NCBI GenBank assembly: GCA_963677495.2 | Contig: CAXXOU010000001.1 | Coordinates: forward strand, 416,001 to 480,000 | Direction of reading: 5' to 3' | Length of the DNA stretch: 64,000 nucleotides | From: Candidatus Cloacimonadales bacterium | GTDB taxonomy: Bacteria; Cloacimonadota; Cloacimonadia; Cloacimonadales; JAFGVF01 | Part shown: positions 9,462 through 19,398 of the stretch, one piece after another | How the letters are laid out: each line of letters opens with the position of its first letter | Numbering within the stretch: position 1 is the first letter of the stretch | Notes under the pieces: model-generated | What the model was told of the DNA's origin: nothing | The model's input: only the letters and a program-made list of their open reading frames with translations | The model's database searches: none | Program-made: the position numbers and the translations under genes

Positions 9462-12400
9462 TTAACCGAGTAATACATCGATTTGCTTAACAGTTCTATT
9501 TCTAACAGCTTCTGCATCATCACCTGAAAGGAATGTACTTTGGATTACTTTCTTTGTCCCATCAATAAACTCAAGTGTGTATGTAACAGGTTTGACAGAA
9601 ACTTCTCCAAATGTACTTTTCTTAGCTAAATTATGATAAGTTATCAAAATCCTTCCAAGATACATGAAACTAAATGTATTAGCAGAGAAAGTAATCTCTT
9701 TCCATTCATCTTTTATAAATAACTTTTTCGTCTTAGGAGTTTTCGTGAAAATCCAATCAGGCAGAACAGGATTAAGCTTAAAAATCAATCTCTGCTCGTC
9801 ATTAACTGAGAAAGGATATCTTCCTGTTGCCATGTGTAATAAGATACTTATGAATTCCGCAGTTGCACCACTAAGTCTTGCTACAAAGCCATTTCCATGG
9901 ATAGATGAGTCAGGATTACCACTACTCACAATAAATGATGAGTTTTCTAGGATACTACGACCATAAATCTCAGGTTTCAAGAATGGGATGAATACGCTTT
10001 TTGAATCTTCAAAGAAGTCGTCGTAAAGTCCATTTCTGAGAACTTCAAGCATATACTTATATTCCATGTGGAGCCACACAGATTCATTCTCAAACCAACC
10101 CGGTGAGAAAGTACGAGCTCTACCAATTTCCATTGGTTGATCTGCCAAGGATTCGTTAACTTTATACATTTTCAGTTTAGGGTCGAAGAGACCACTGTTT
10201 CTGATGTTCCTTACAAGTTTTTGTGAGATACTCTTATCCTGACTTGATCTTAAGAAATGTACCGGTCCTTCTAAGAAGAGCGGAAGGTGAATCAGTTCAA
10301 ACTCTAAAGCTTTGAAACAGGCTAATCCTTTGGCATTTCTCTTAACAACCTTTTTACCTTTAGGGTCAGTTTCATATATAAGCTCATGTTTTGAGACTTT
10401 GTTGATAAAATAAGTGGATATTACGTTCTGAGTCTTATTCCAAGCTTTCTCAATACCGTCCTCTATTCTTTCGAGACCTAACTTCAAGAGTGCCACTACT
10501 TGCTCAATTGATATCAGTAACTCTTTACCACTAATACCATATCGAGTCTTTTCGCGATACAGTTCCTTAAGTGAAGTAGCATTATCCCAATAGTTAAATG
10601 GAGAAGGATTCGTGTTCAGAAGCTCAAGAAGTGTTAATGCGAAAGTATGTAGCTCTTCCGGAATATTGAGTGAAGTGTTGGCATCTTGCCATTTCTCTAA
10701 TGAATCCAAAAGGAACTTGATATGTCTTTTCACTTCTAATGTTTCACTTAAACTGGAACCAATTAAACCGGGTAAACCATTCAGAGCATCATACCAGTTT
10801 GGCTTATCTGATTCCATTTCAATGCCAACCCCGGAACCATCCAGTGATGCGAGTTTGTTGATAATTAGACAAAGCATCTTATTGAAAAGGGTTGTATAAT
10901 ATACTTCACCCTTTCCATATTTTGTGTGAACTTTGTTTTTATCAATCAAGCGTTGGCTAAGAAGTTGCTCTTTCTCATCATCAAACACGACACTGTTAAG
11001 TTGCATGAGATTGCCATCCCAGATAACATACTTATCTTTTCTTGGGGCTACCAGATGCGGATTATCATAATATGTGTATTCTTTCTTGTTAAAGAGAAGA
11101 TTCACTTTCTCTTCCGGATAAACAGCTAAGTAGTTTTCTAATAGGTCTAAATTATAGGTCCAGTGATCTGTCCAATATCCTTCACCATAGCCTGTATCAT
11201 GCTTTTTAACACATAATCCAAGTAACTCTCCGAGGAATAGCTCAACATTATCGATACTTGTAACTTGAATATCCTTAAGGTAGGATAAAAGTTCTCCCGG
11301 GGTAAAAGGATTCATTAAATAATCTTTAACTAACTCTATTTGCTCTTTATTGATATAGCTTTTCAACAGGTTATTTAATTTCTTAGGTTTTGAAATAGCA
11401 AACCTAATCTCTTTTATCACAAGAGGGTTGAATCCATCTAATTGGATAAGGTTGTAGAAATGTTCAATATTACTATCTTTAACATCCGGATTGAAGAAAA
11501 GGTCGCTTCTACGATTCTGATTAACATCCCTGTAGTTTCCATTACCTTGGGAGTATTTTGTCGGGGTTAGTCGATAATCGTTATAATCTCTTTCTAAATC
11601 TCCATGTTTTCTTGAATAAAGATGGAGTGTTGTAGAGCTATTCTTACCTTCAATAGTATAAGGCATACCTCCCCTCAGTGCATTATCGAGGAAGTTTTGT
11701 TTAGCATAGAAATCAAAGGGATCTACATCACTGCAGATAAAGTTGTTTTGTGTGAGTTTGTCGATTAACTCATAATTTTCTATCTTCTTAGCTTCAATAT
11801 ACTCTGGATTTGCTATTGTTGGAATAAGTGAGTTTAACTCATCTACTGATTCAGCATGACCAATTACAGATGTGTAAGTGAATGCAGAGCCTGCAGCTAA
11901 TGAGACACTCATAATTCCCATTGCTGATGGAAGCCTATTCTCGAAAATCTGTCCTTTTAATAGTTCATCAACTGAACTTTGCAGGAACATTTCAGGAACT
12001 TTATAATCTCCTCTATTGCCAAAAATCTTTACGGGATCGACAATCGGGTCTACTAACTCAACTTTATCCCCAAGCTTCTTGAACCCAACGTAGAAATTAC
12101 CTTTCTTAATCCTTACAACATCAGGTCTATCGGAAGGTTCTACTTTACCTTTGAAGAAAGGAGCTTTGGCTTCATAGTTTGTTACTTCAACAAATGCTTC
12201 GAACAAGCGTCTCATGAATTTTAGACCATTATTATCAATACCATATGGTACAATCAAAGGTAAGCCATCCATGAGATCGAATGATATTGGACTGTCACCT
12301 AAGTTCTCTATTCTAAGTTCGCGTATTAATCCGGCATAGCTTTCTTGAGGAACATTACTATACTCAACGATGAATCTGAGCTGTAATGATTTATTTGTTT

Positions 12401-12782
12401 CAATAAGAGTCAGTCCTGCAGGTTTAATTATCATCTGTTGCTCAATCTGCATCTCTTTAGTCTGCAAATCTTTTTGGAAAGGTTCGTAGAAAGTATATGT
12501 ATCTTTACTTTTAAACTTTAAGAAAGTTCTGAAACCTTGAGATGATACAAGGTTATATGCCCAGTTTGCAGGCAAAAACTCCATAATTGGTTTGTGCTTC
12601 CCTTCAATACCCATACTACAAACACATTGTCCTCTATTCACATAGAAGAGCCACATTGGTATACCATCTTTCCCGGCAACACCAGGAAAGAAACTTGAGA
12701 ACAGTTTTGAAGAGTTGTAATCTGCTATTACAAATTCACCTGTTTGATTCAATCTATATTTATTATTGGTAGGATTCATCAC
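9462..12782 (-). CDS. Beta-1,3-glucan phosphorylase, GH161-like (GH94/GH149/GH161 group)
   Basis: ~1100 aa; FSSFFPGVAG..GIPMW.FYVNRGQ, SRKHGDLERDYN, QGNGNYRDVNQNRR, KPNWYDALNGLPG, GWFENESVWLHMEYKY, FVARLSGATAEF; beta-glucanase context. Confidence 0.78.
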   Translation of the reverse strand: MMNPTNNKYRLNQTGEFVIADYNSSKLFSSFFPGVAGKDGIPMWLFYVNRGQCVCSMGIEGKHKPIMEFLPANWAYNLVSSQGFRTFLKFKSKDTYTFYEPFQKDLQTKEMQIEQQMIIKPAGLTLIETNKSLQLRFIVEYSNVPQESYAGLIRELRIENLGDSPISFDLMDGLPLIVPYGIDNNGLKFMRRLFEAFVEVTNYEAKAPFFKGKVEPSDRPDVVRIKKGNFYVGFKKLGDKVELVDPIVDPVKIFGNRGDYKVPEMFLQSSVDELLKGQIFENRLPSAMGIMSVSLAAGSAFTYTSVIGHAESVDELNSLIPTIANPEYIEAKKIENYELIDKLTQNNFICSDVDPFDFYAKQNFLDNALRGGMPYTIEGKNSSTTLHLYSRKHGDLERDYNDYRLTPTKYSQGNGNYRDVNQNRRSDLFFNPDVKDSNIEHFYNLIQLDGFNPLVIKEIRFAISKPKKLNNLLKSYINKEQIELVKDYLMNPFTPGELLSYLKDIQVTSIDNVELFLGELLGLCVKKHDTGYGEGYWTDHWTYNLDLLENYLAVYPEEKVNLLFNKKEYTYYDNPHLVAPRKDKYVIWDGNLMQLNSVVFDDEKEQLLSQRLIDKNKVHTKYGKGEVYYTTLFNKMLCLIINKLASLDGSGVGIEMESDKPNWYDALNGLPGLIGSSLSETLEVKRHIKFLLDSLEKWQDANTSLNIPEELHTFALTLLELLNTNPSPFNYWDNATSLKELYREKTRYGISGKELLISIEQVVALLKLGLERIEDGIEKAWNKTQNVISTYFINKVSKHELIYETDPKGKKVVKRNAKGLACFKALEFELIHLPLFLEGPVHFLRSSQDKSISQKLVRNIRNSGLFDPKLKMYKVNESLADQPMEIGRARTFSPGWFENESVWLHMEYKYMLEVLRNGLYDDFFEDSKSVFIPFLKPEIYGRSILENSSFIVSSGNPDSSIHGNGFVARLSGATAEFISILLHMATGRYPFSVNDEQRLIFKLNPVLPDWIFTKTPKTKKLFIKDEWKEITFSANTFSFMYLGRILITYHNLAKKSTFGEVSVKPVTYTLEFIDGTKKVIQSTFLSGDDAEAVRNRTVKQIDVLLG

Positions 12783-12812
12783 TACCCCCTTATTTATTAT
12801 GAGTTAGAAGAA

Positions 12813-12840
12813 ACCAGCCAATACGATTGTATTGGCTGGT
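12813..12840. terminator. Intra-operon stem-loop
   Basis: ACCAGCCAATAC-gatt-GTATTGGCTGGT, a perfect 12-bp stem. Confidence 0.7.
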
Positions 12841-12847
12841 ATGAAGT

Positions 12848-14722
12848 TTATTTGAGTAGAACCATTCTTCGGGTTTCTACAGGATTGTTGTTTACAGAAA
12901 GAGAATAGAAGTAGATTCCTGAGGCAACTTTATCAGCATTCCATTCTACTGTATGAGTAGCTGGTGATTTATAACCATCAGCTAATGTTTCAACTAATCG
13001 ACCTTTCACATCATAGACTTTCAAGCTTACATTAGCTGATTTGCTTAATGAGTAGCTGATACTTGTCCTTGGATTGAAAGGATTAGGATAATTGTTACCT
13101 AAACGATAAGTAGCACTTGATACGTTTGTTACATCATCCAAGCTTGTTGGTCTGTCATAGAAATATATGTTATCAATATAGAGAGTGTTAAGGTCTCCTG
13201 AGATAATCAACTGAGCTAAATGAGCTTGAGATGTTAGATTAGCAAAATCAGTGAAAGGTAAGTCCAAGCTTATCCAAGAACCGGAAGCAAGGATATTATT
13301 ACCAAGTATCAGTTCATGTTCTGTATCGTCTCCGCCACTCCAGGCACCGTCAGCACCAAAATCAACTAACTTGATTTTTAATTCTGTTGTGTCTGCAATA
13401 GCATCTGGAGTCCAAATATCCAAATGGAAGTTTGTCATTGCACTAGCATCAATTGTTTGAGATGTAAACTCAATTCCTAAGAATACGAGACTTGTGTATA
13501 GTTTTACATCATCACCTTCAACTTGTATATCTGATACATTCGCATTATCCCAATCAGCTGACCATGTGTCGATAGCAACATCTGTATAAGCGTTACTGAA
13601 CATTGAAATTACAGCTTCTGCTGGAGCTGTTGGTGTTGGTGCAGCAACTGTTGGACCTACAGGACCGGTATTCCCATCATGGAAGTATATATTATCTACG
13701 TATAGAGTGTTAGGATCACCGGATATAACTAACTGAGCAAGATGCTCCGTTGAAAGCAGATTAGTGAAATCTGATAATAGGATGTCCAAGCTAACCCAAG
13801 AATTTGGGATAACTATATCTTCAAGGAATGATAACTCATACTCTGAATCATCGCCACCAGACCACATGCCATCAGCACCGAAATCAACTAACTTGATTTT
13901 CAATTCCTCTAAACCTGTAATTGTGTCAGGAGTCCAAAAATCAAGATGGAAGTACTCCATGGCTGTAGCATCGATTGTGTTAGATGTGAACTCAATCCCT
14001 GCAAAAGATAGATTGGAATATAACTTAACATCATCTCCGGCAATTTGAACATCACTTACATCAGCATTATCCCAATCTGCAGACCATGTATCAACAGGAT
14101 TATCAGTATAGGCATTACTGAAGATTGAGATTACAGCATCACTAGAATGCATTGGTATAGGGGCTGCTGTTGTAGGTTCAGGGATTGGGGCAACATTGGT
14201 TTCAGGTAATTGAATATTATCAAAATAAAGAACATTATCAGCTGTTCTTGCTTCAAAATCAGGGATGACAATTAATCTGCTATATGTATTCCCTATCGAA
14301 CCTGAGAAATCGAAAGTTAATTCTTCCCACTGGTTTGTGAGAGTGTTAGCTACTTGCAATTCAACAGGAGCACTTGTTCCTTCAAACTTAATCGCTACAT
14401 TACTCACAACCGGTTTATACATCATGATTGTAACTGTTGTATTATTAGCAGTAAATTCGAAAGGTTCCATATCATCGCTAAAGCATAATGCCCAAGGTTG
14501 ACCACTTGCTCTTGCTGTGAACATAGCACTATTAGCTGAGTTATTGATGCCTGATGCATCAGGATTAGCAACAAACTCGAGAGGTGGATTGTCTCCATTC
14601 TCACCAACTGTCCAACCCCATTCAGCTCCTAAGCTTCCTGGTTCAAAATCTACATTAACATACTGTGCAAACATAGTCGCACAAAGCGTTAAAACAATTA
14701 ATGTTATTATATTCTTTTTCAT
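12848..14722 (-). CDS. Secreted non-catalytic protein with CBM-like modules (A+B+B) and T9SS-type C-terminal domain
   Basis: Signal peptide; two copies of AP.P..VIS.FS.AYTD..DTWSADWD...; C-terminal NNYPNPFNPRTSISY...RRMVLLK. Confidence 0.8.
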   Translation of the reverse strand: MKKNIITLIVLTLCATMFAQYVNVDFEPGSLGAEWGWTVGENGDNPPLEFVANPDASGINNSANSAMFTARASGQPWALCFSDDMEPFEFTANNTTVTIMMYKPVVSNVAIKFEGTSAPVELQVANTLTNQWEELTFDFSGSIGNTYSRLIVIPDFEARTADNVLYFDNIQLPETNVAPIPEPTTAAPIPMHSSDAVISIFSNAYTDNPVDTWSADWDNADVSDVQIAGDDVKLYSNLSFAGIEFTSNTIDATAMEYFHLDFWTPDTITGLEELKIKLVDFGADGMWSGGDDSEYELSFLEDIVIPNSWVSLDILLSDFTNLLSTEHLAQLVISGDPNTLYVDNIYFHDGNTGPVGPTVAAPTPTAPAEAVISMFSNAYTDVAIDTWSADWDNANVSDIQVEGDDVKLYTSLVFLGIEFTSQTIDASAMTNFHLDIWTPDAIADTTELKIKLVDFGADGAWSGGDDTEHELILGNNILASGSWISLDLPFTDFANLTSQAHLAQLIISGDLNTLYIDNIYFYDRPTSLDDVTNVSSATYRLGNNYPNPFNPRTSISYSLSKSANVSLKVYDVKGRLVETLADGYKSPATHTVEWNADKVASGIYFYSLSVNNNPVETRRMVLLK

Positions 14723-14742
14723 TTTTCCTCCAAGTTATGATT

Positions 14743-17700
14743 CTACCGAACCGGTGTATCGCTTGCTTTTACATAATAGAATTTTCTTGATGTTCCTGCA
14801 GAACCGGTCCAACTTGTTCCATTATAGTTACCACCTGTAACTGGTGTAAAGTCACCATCCGGAGTTTCTGATTCATAAACAATATATGAGGATGCACCGG
14901 TAACTTCATCCCATGCAACTGTAACATCTGTACCAGTAACAGAAACTGTAACACCTTGTGGTATTCCGAGTGATAAAGGATTATCATTATAGAAATATAC
15001 GTTATCAATATAGACTGTATTTGGAGTTCCTGAGATAATCAACTGAGCCAAATGACCTGTGGTTGTTAAGTTAATAAAATCTGTAAGTGGAATATCAAGA
15101 CTTACCCACATTTCAGTATTCATTGTAGTTTCACCGAAAACAAGTTCATGCTCTACGTCATCTCCACCACCCCAAGAACCATCAGCACCAAAATCAACAA
15201 GTTTCACTTTAAACTCTGAAGGTGCAGAAGTATCATCCGGAGTCCATATATCCATATGGAAATGAGTCAATGAAGTTGCATCTATAGTTTGAGATGTAAA
15301 CTCAATTCCTGCAAAAACAAGATTAGTGTACAGTTTAACATTATCAGCTCCAACAAGCTCATCTTCAACGTCAGCTAAATCCCAAGGTGCTGACCACGTA
15401 TCAACAGTAACATCCTGATAAGCATCACTATACATAGAAATCACATTAGTGGCATCAGCAGTTGGCGTTGGAGCAGGTGCTTCAGGAGCTGGGTCAGCAA
15501 CGGTAAAGTTAATAGTATATGTCAATTCAGTTATACCGTCATCAGCTGTTACAACAATAGTACTTGCACCCGGTACAGAAGCAGGATTGTTCACAACATA
15601 ACTTGCGTTTGGATCATTTGTGATTGCTGTAATGGTTGGAACTCTCTGTGAACCTGAAGACAGTTCATACTCATATGTAAGAATTATTGAGGAGAATCCA
15701 TCAATAGATGTTCCTCCTACTCTAAGATCTGCTAAAGTAGCATCTGTTCCAGCAGCAGCAGGTGTCTTCCAAAAATAGATATTATCAAGATATATGGTTG
15801 AAGGTGTTACGCCAGCCTGACCATCAAACTTAAGCTGATGAATATCAGACATAGATACACCTGTGAAGTCTGACAATGGTATATCGAAGCTATTCCAAGC
15901 CATTGGTGTAATTGGTGTCAAAGAAACAAGAGATTCACCGGTTGACGCACTAATAGGTGAGAATAATACTACTGTTGCATCTTCAGTCCACATATCGATA
16001 TGGATATATTCCATTAAAGATAAGTCTTGATTACCATTCAATTGAGTTCCTTGATAATTAAAAGTATCATACTTCATCATATTGTTTCCTGCAACATCTT
16101 CAAAGCTTACTTGAGTTGATTGTCCCCACCATGGATTGAAGTTAGTTCCGGCAATATCTGTGTATGAATCACTATAAATAGAAATAACATCGTCAGCTGC
16201 ATCTGTCGGTTCTGGAGCAGGATTTGTTACTGTTGCAGGAGGGTCATCGACTGTGAAGTTGATGCTATATGTTTCAGTATCAGTGCCATTTTGAGCTGTT
16301 ACTACTACTTGAGTTGTTCCCGGTAAGGAAGCTGCATCATTTACAGTATGCGAAGCTAATGGGTCAGCAGTAGTAGCAGTAACTGTTGGTACTGCAGTAG
16401 TATCCCAGTCTAATAAAACATCATAGATAAGAGTTGTTGGAGAGAAACCACTTACTGTGGAACCATCTATTTGTAAGTCTGCCAAAGTTGCATCAGTACC
16501 TGCAACTGTAGGAGTTTTCCAGAAGTAGATATTATCAAGATAGATTGTAGAAGGATTTACACCGGCTTGACCATCAAACTTTAGTTGGAATATATCAAAC
16601 ATTGCAACTCCAGTAAAATCACTGAGAGGAATATCATAACTATTCCATGAACCAATATTAATTGGAGTTAGTGAAACTAAGTGTTCACCTGTTGTCTGAC
16701 TGATAGGTGAGAAAAGAATTACAGTTGCATCTGGAGTCCAGAGATCTATATGGATATATTCCATTGTAGATAAGTTTTGTACTGGTAGTTCTGTTCCTTG
16801 ATAATTGAAAGTATCATATTTCATTACATTGTTACCGACAATATCTTCAAAAGAAACTTGTGTAGATTGACCCCAGAACGGATCAAAGTTAGTTCCTGCG
16901 ATATCAGTATAAGAATCACTATAAACAGATACTACGTTTTCTTGTAACTCATCAGGAGTAGGTGCAGGTGTATCTAAAACAGTCGGTTGGGCAACTGTAA
17001 AAACTACACTGTAAGTAATCATAGTAGTTCCATCTTCGGCAGTTACAACTACTTCTGTTGTACCAGGTAATGATATAGCATCATTTACTACATGGGATGC
17101 ATTAACATCTGTAGTAGTTGCGGTTACAGTTGGAACAACAGTTGTACCTTCAGGAAGTTCAACATTGTATGTTAATGTATTTGTATCGAAGCCTGAAACT
17201 GTAGTCCCATCTATTAAGAGATCATTTAAAGTAGCATCACTACTTAATATAGGTGCTGAATAGAAGTAAATATTGTCAAGATATATAGTAGATGGAGAAA
17301 CACCACTCTGTCCATCAAACTTAAGTTGATGTATATCAATGAAAGATAAACCAACAAAATCTGTAAGAGGGATATCATAACTATTCCAGGTTTCAGTTGC
17401 TATTGGAGTAAGTGATACCAGATGCTCCCCGGTTGTAGCACTTATTGGTGAGAATAAAACTACGGTTGCATCTTCAGTCCACATATCGATGTGAACATGA
17501 GTCATAGAGCTTAAGTCATGAGCACCTAACAACTGAGTACCTTGATAGTTAAATGTGCCATATTTAAGCATATCGTTTGTATCAATCACTTCTGTAGTTA
17601 CAACTGTTGATTGTCCCCAAGGTGGGTTGAAATCAGTTCCTGCTAAATCAGTATATTCATCTGAGAATATTGAGATAACATCGGTTTCATTTTCATCCGG

Positions 17701-18285
17701 AGTTGGTGCTGCTATTTCCGGTTCAGCTGGTGGGGGTGGTGGAGTAGTATTCTCTTCCGGAATTACAATATTATCGAAATACAAAACGTTATCCTGGGCT
17801 CTCGCAGCAAAATCAGGTATAATAACTAATCTACTATATGAGTTTCCAATTGATCCTGAAAAATCAAAGTCTATCTGTTCCCACTGATTTACCAATGTAT
17901 TTGCTATCTGGATTTCAACTGGGGTACTTCCTCCTTCAAACTTGATTGCTACTGGACTGATAACCGGTTTGTAAACCATAATACTTACAGTACTATTAGT
18001 CGCATCAAACTCAAACAGATCTATATCATCTGTGTAACAAAGTGCCCAAGGGTTTCCACCACTCTCAGCAGTAAACTGAGCCACTGTAGCAGAAGTATTA
18101 ATTCCTGAGTTATCCGGATTTACCGGGAATGTTATAGCCGGGTTTGTACCATTTTCTGCAACAGTCCATGCCCATGCAGTTCCTGAATCCCCTGATTCAA
18201 AATCAATTGTTGTACTCTGTGCATATAACCCAAAAGTGAGTGATAGGCATATCAAAAGAAAAAAGACGATACCTTTTTTATTCAT
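14743..18285 (-). CDS. Large secreted multi-module protein (CBM-like modules alternating with Ig/cadherin-like spacers, FN3-like C-terminus)
   Basis: Start moved to ATG 18285 (GGAGG RBS); 3x 'GT.F.P.WGQST...YQGT.L' modules, 3x 'DATL.DL..' Ig-like repeats, one module A, one module B. Confidence 0.8.
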   Translation of the reverse strand: MNKKGIVFFLLICLSLTFGLYAQSTTIDFESGDSGTAWAWTVAENGTNPAITFPVNPDNSGINTSATVAQFTAESGGNPWALCYTDDIDLFEFDATNSTVSIMVYKPVISPVAIKFEGGSTPVEIQIANTLVNQWEQIDFDFSGSIGNSYSRLVIIPDFAARAQDNVLYFDNIVIPEENTTPPPPPAEPEIAAPTPDENETDVISIFSDEYTDLAGTDFNPPWGQSTVVTTEVIDTNDMLKYGTFNYQGTQLLGAHDLSSMTHVHIDMWTEDATVVLFSPISATTGEHLVSLTPIATETWNSYDIPLTDFVGLSFIDIHQLKFDGQSGVSPSTIYLDNIYFYSAPILSSDATLNDLLIDGTTVSGFDTNTLTYNVELPEGTTVVPTVTATTTDVNASHVVNDAISLPGTTEVVVTAEDGTTMITYSVVFTVAQPTVLDTPAPTPDELQENVVSVYSDSYTDIAGTNFDPFWGQSTQVSFEDIVGNNVMKYDTFNYQGTELPVQNLSTMEYIHIDLWTPDATVILFSPISQTTGEHLVSLTPINIGSWNSYDIPLSDFTGVAMFDIFQLKFDGQAGVNPSTIYLDNIYFWKTPTVAGTDATLADLQIDGSTVSGFSPTTLIYDVLLDWDTTAVPTVTATTADPLASHTVNDAASLPGTTQVVVTAQNGTDTETYSINFTVDDPPATVTNPAPEPTDAADDVISIYSDSYTDIAGTNFNPWWGQSTQVSFEDVAGNNMMKYDTFNYQGTQLNGNQDLSLMEYIHIDMWTEDATVVLFSPISASTGESLVSLTPITPMAWNSFDIPLSDFTGVSMSDIHQLKFDGQAGVTPSTIYLDNIYFWKTPAAAGTDATLADLRVGGTSIDGFSSIILTYEYELSSGSQRVPTITAITNDPNASYVVNNPASVPGASTIVVTADDGITELTYTINFTVADPAPEAPAPTPTADATNVISMYSDAYQDVTVDTWSAPWDLADVEDELVGADNVKLYTNLVFAGIEFTSQTIDATSLTHFHMDIWTPDDTSAPSEFKVKLVDFGADGSWGGGDDVEHELVFGETTMNTEMWVSLDIPLTDFINLTTTGHLAQLIISGTPNTVYIDNVYFYNDNPLSLGIPQGVTVSVTGTDVTVAWDEVTGASSYIVYESETPDGDFTPVTGGNYNGTSWTGSAGTSRKFYYVKASDTPVR

Positions 18286-18303
18286 TGTCTCCTCCATATC
18301 GCT

Positions 18304-19398
18304 TTAGTTGATTGTTTTTCTTTTATTTAGTTGATAGTTTATGAATGATTGCTTGGGTTCCCTGTTCTCATAGAAAACTCCCCAATTCTTCTCGACTTCA
18401 TTTGCACCTGTTTTCTCAGCTCCACCTTTCCAAGGTTCATCAAATGCTTCAAACAGGAATGTAGTTACTTGATTTTTCTCTATCCACTTATCAAGCATGA
18501 TTAGGAAATGCTCTTGAGCCTTTAGCCCCACATCTCCCTTAATAAGCGTGCCTTGTTGACCATCACCTTTTTTGTCCGGATTGTAGTTGGTTGCCCAACC
18601 TATCTCTCCGAGTATAACTGTTTTGCCATTGTGCTGTTCTTTTACTAAGATAATTTCATTATCAAGCCATTCAATAGAATCATCCAGCTGCTGACTATTC
18701 CATAATGGATAGGCATGCGTTACTATTAGGTCTAATTCTGAAGCAATTCTTTTACTATCAGGTTTGTTCCAAAAATTGTAATCATCAGCAGTAGTAACAG
18801 GTTGAGCAATATTGTTTCTAACAACTCGAATGTACTTTCTCAGGTTTTCTTCTTTCATCTTGTGCCAAGACCAAAATACCTGTGTTTCATTTCCAACATT
18901 TACGATTAAAACTGTTTCTTCATGCTTTCTTGCTAAATCTATTGCACGAAGAACGTTTTTAACATTCTCAGCCTTTTTAAGCTCGTTTTCTGATTCTTTT
19001 TCGAGCCAAACGCCAAGCATGACCTTTATTGGGTAATCATGTTCTTCAATTATTGATATTATTCTTTCAGTATCATCATCTGCATTATAAACACGAATCA
19101 GATTCCAGTGTTGAACAATAATATCTAAATCTTCTTTGATCTCCTCATCTGTTGGTCCGGGTCCCCAAGGAGCTTGTCCTTTTCGATAGCAACCATACGA
19201 TACTGCGTTTCCAATCCATTCATCATTTAAATAAGGACGGAATTCTCTTCTAATGAATGGCTGTTCTTTCTCAACTTTAGAAGCAGATTTTAGCTGCTCT
19301 TCTATTTCAACAAGTGACTTATTTCTTTCGATACTACATGAAACAGTCAGAATAATTAGACATAGTATTGAAAGCAGCTTAAATGTAGTCTTTATCAT
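18304..19398 (-). CDS. GH17 beta-1,3-glucanase, lipoprotein
   Basis: IRVY, VNVGNE, LGEIGWAT, FEAFDEPWK; lipobox LTVSC; start at ATG 19398 overlaps the GH30 stop (ATGA). Confidence 0.88.
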   Translation of the reverse strand: MIKTTFKLLSILCLIILTVSCSIERNKSLVEIEEQLKSASKVEKEQPFIRREFRPYLNDEWIGNAVSYGCYRKGQAPWGPGPTDEEIKEDLDIIVQHWNLIRVYNADDDTERIISIIEEHDYPIKVMLGVWLEKESENELKKAENVKNVLRAIDLARKHEETVLIVNVGNETQVFWSWHKMKEENLRKYIRVVRNNIAQPVTTADDYNFWNKPDSKRIASELDLIVTHAYPLWNSQQLDDSIEWLDNEIILVKEQHNGKTVILGEIGWATNYNPDKKGDGQQGTLIKGDVGLKAQEHFLIMLDKWIEKNQVTTFLFEAFDEPWKGGAEKTGANEVEKNWGVFYENREPKQSFINYQLNKRKTIN

